A stretch of 64,000 nucleotides of DNA, taken from the NCBI RefSeq assembly GCF_902713615.1, contig NC_052151.1, positions 162,397,050-162,461,049 on the forward strand, read 5' to 3'. Of the stretch, positions 63,527-64,000 are shown piece after piece; the stretch's first letter is position 1, and every line of letters begins with the position of its first letter. This DNA is from Scyliorhinus canicula. Lineage: Eukaryota. Both the position numbers and the translations under genes were made by a program. The notes under the pieces were generated by a model, which made no database searches, was not told the origin of the DNA, and saw only the letters and a program-made list of their open reading frames with translations.

Positions 63527-63699
63527 ATAATAATAATCGCTTATTGTCACCAGTAGGTTTCAATGGTTACTGTGAAAAGCCTCTAGTCACCACATTCCGG
63601 CGCCTGTTCTGGGAGGCTGATACAGGAATTGAACCCCCGCTGCTAGTCTTGTTCTGCATTACAAGCCAGCTGTTTAGCCCATTGTGCTAAACCAGCCCC
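63527..63699 (-). mobile_element. Second tRNA-SINE family, full length
   Basis: Same head and tail as 41762, with an (ATT)n end. Confidence 0.85.
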
Positions 63700-64000
63700 T
63701 ATGGTGGTAATTGGGCCTGTATCCTCTCGAGTTCAGATGAATGAAAGTTGATCTCATTGAAATGTACAAGATTCTGAAAGGATTTGAGAGGGTAGACATT
63801 GAAAGGTTGTTTTTGTTGACTCAGGAATGGTAAACGCGGGGGCACAGTCTCTGGATAAGGCACAATCATTTAGGACTGAGAGAAGGAGAAATTTCATCAG
63901 TCATAGAGTTGTGAATCTTTAGAACTCTCTGGAAGCTTGTGATAAGAACATAAGAACTAGGATCAGGAATAGGCCATCTGGCCCCTCAAGCCTGTTCCGT

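Overview
Eukaryotic, repeat-dense genomic DNA from a cartilaginous fish (HE1/V-SINEs, HER1/CR1 LINEs and Deu-SINEs point to a shark, plausibly a catshark; this is inference). The only host protein-coding gene I can reconstruct is ACP1 (low-molecular-weight phosphotyrosine phosphatase) on the minus strand, ATG at 37921 to stop at 8942. It has 7 coding exons with canonical GT-AG sites, including the two mutually exclusive 114-nt 'fast' and 'slow' exons separated by only 61 nt; each isoform is 157 aa. A CpG-rich, probably bidirectional promoter lies at about 37.6-38.3 kb. The rest is mostly layered transposons: L1, L2, RTE, Rex/Babar and CR1 LINEs (one young 5'-truncated CR1 with an open RT frame), about 20 V-SINEs with at least four different 3' tails, a second tRNA-SINE family, Deu-SINEs, two hAT elements with 8-bp TSDs, Harbinger-like MITEs, two solo LTRs and a five-layer nest at 49.7-58.9 kb. 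That nest holds a complete non-autonomous Gypsy-type LTR element whose pol is replaced by a long, nearly open, acidic repeat-rich reading frame. No CRISPR, rRNA or true tRNA genes were seen. Repeat boundaries without TSDs are approximate.
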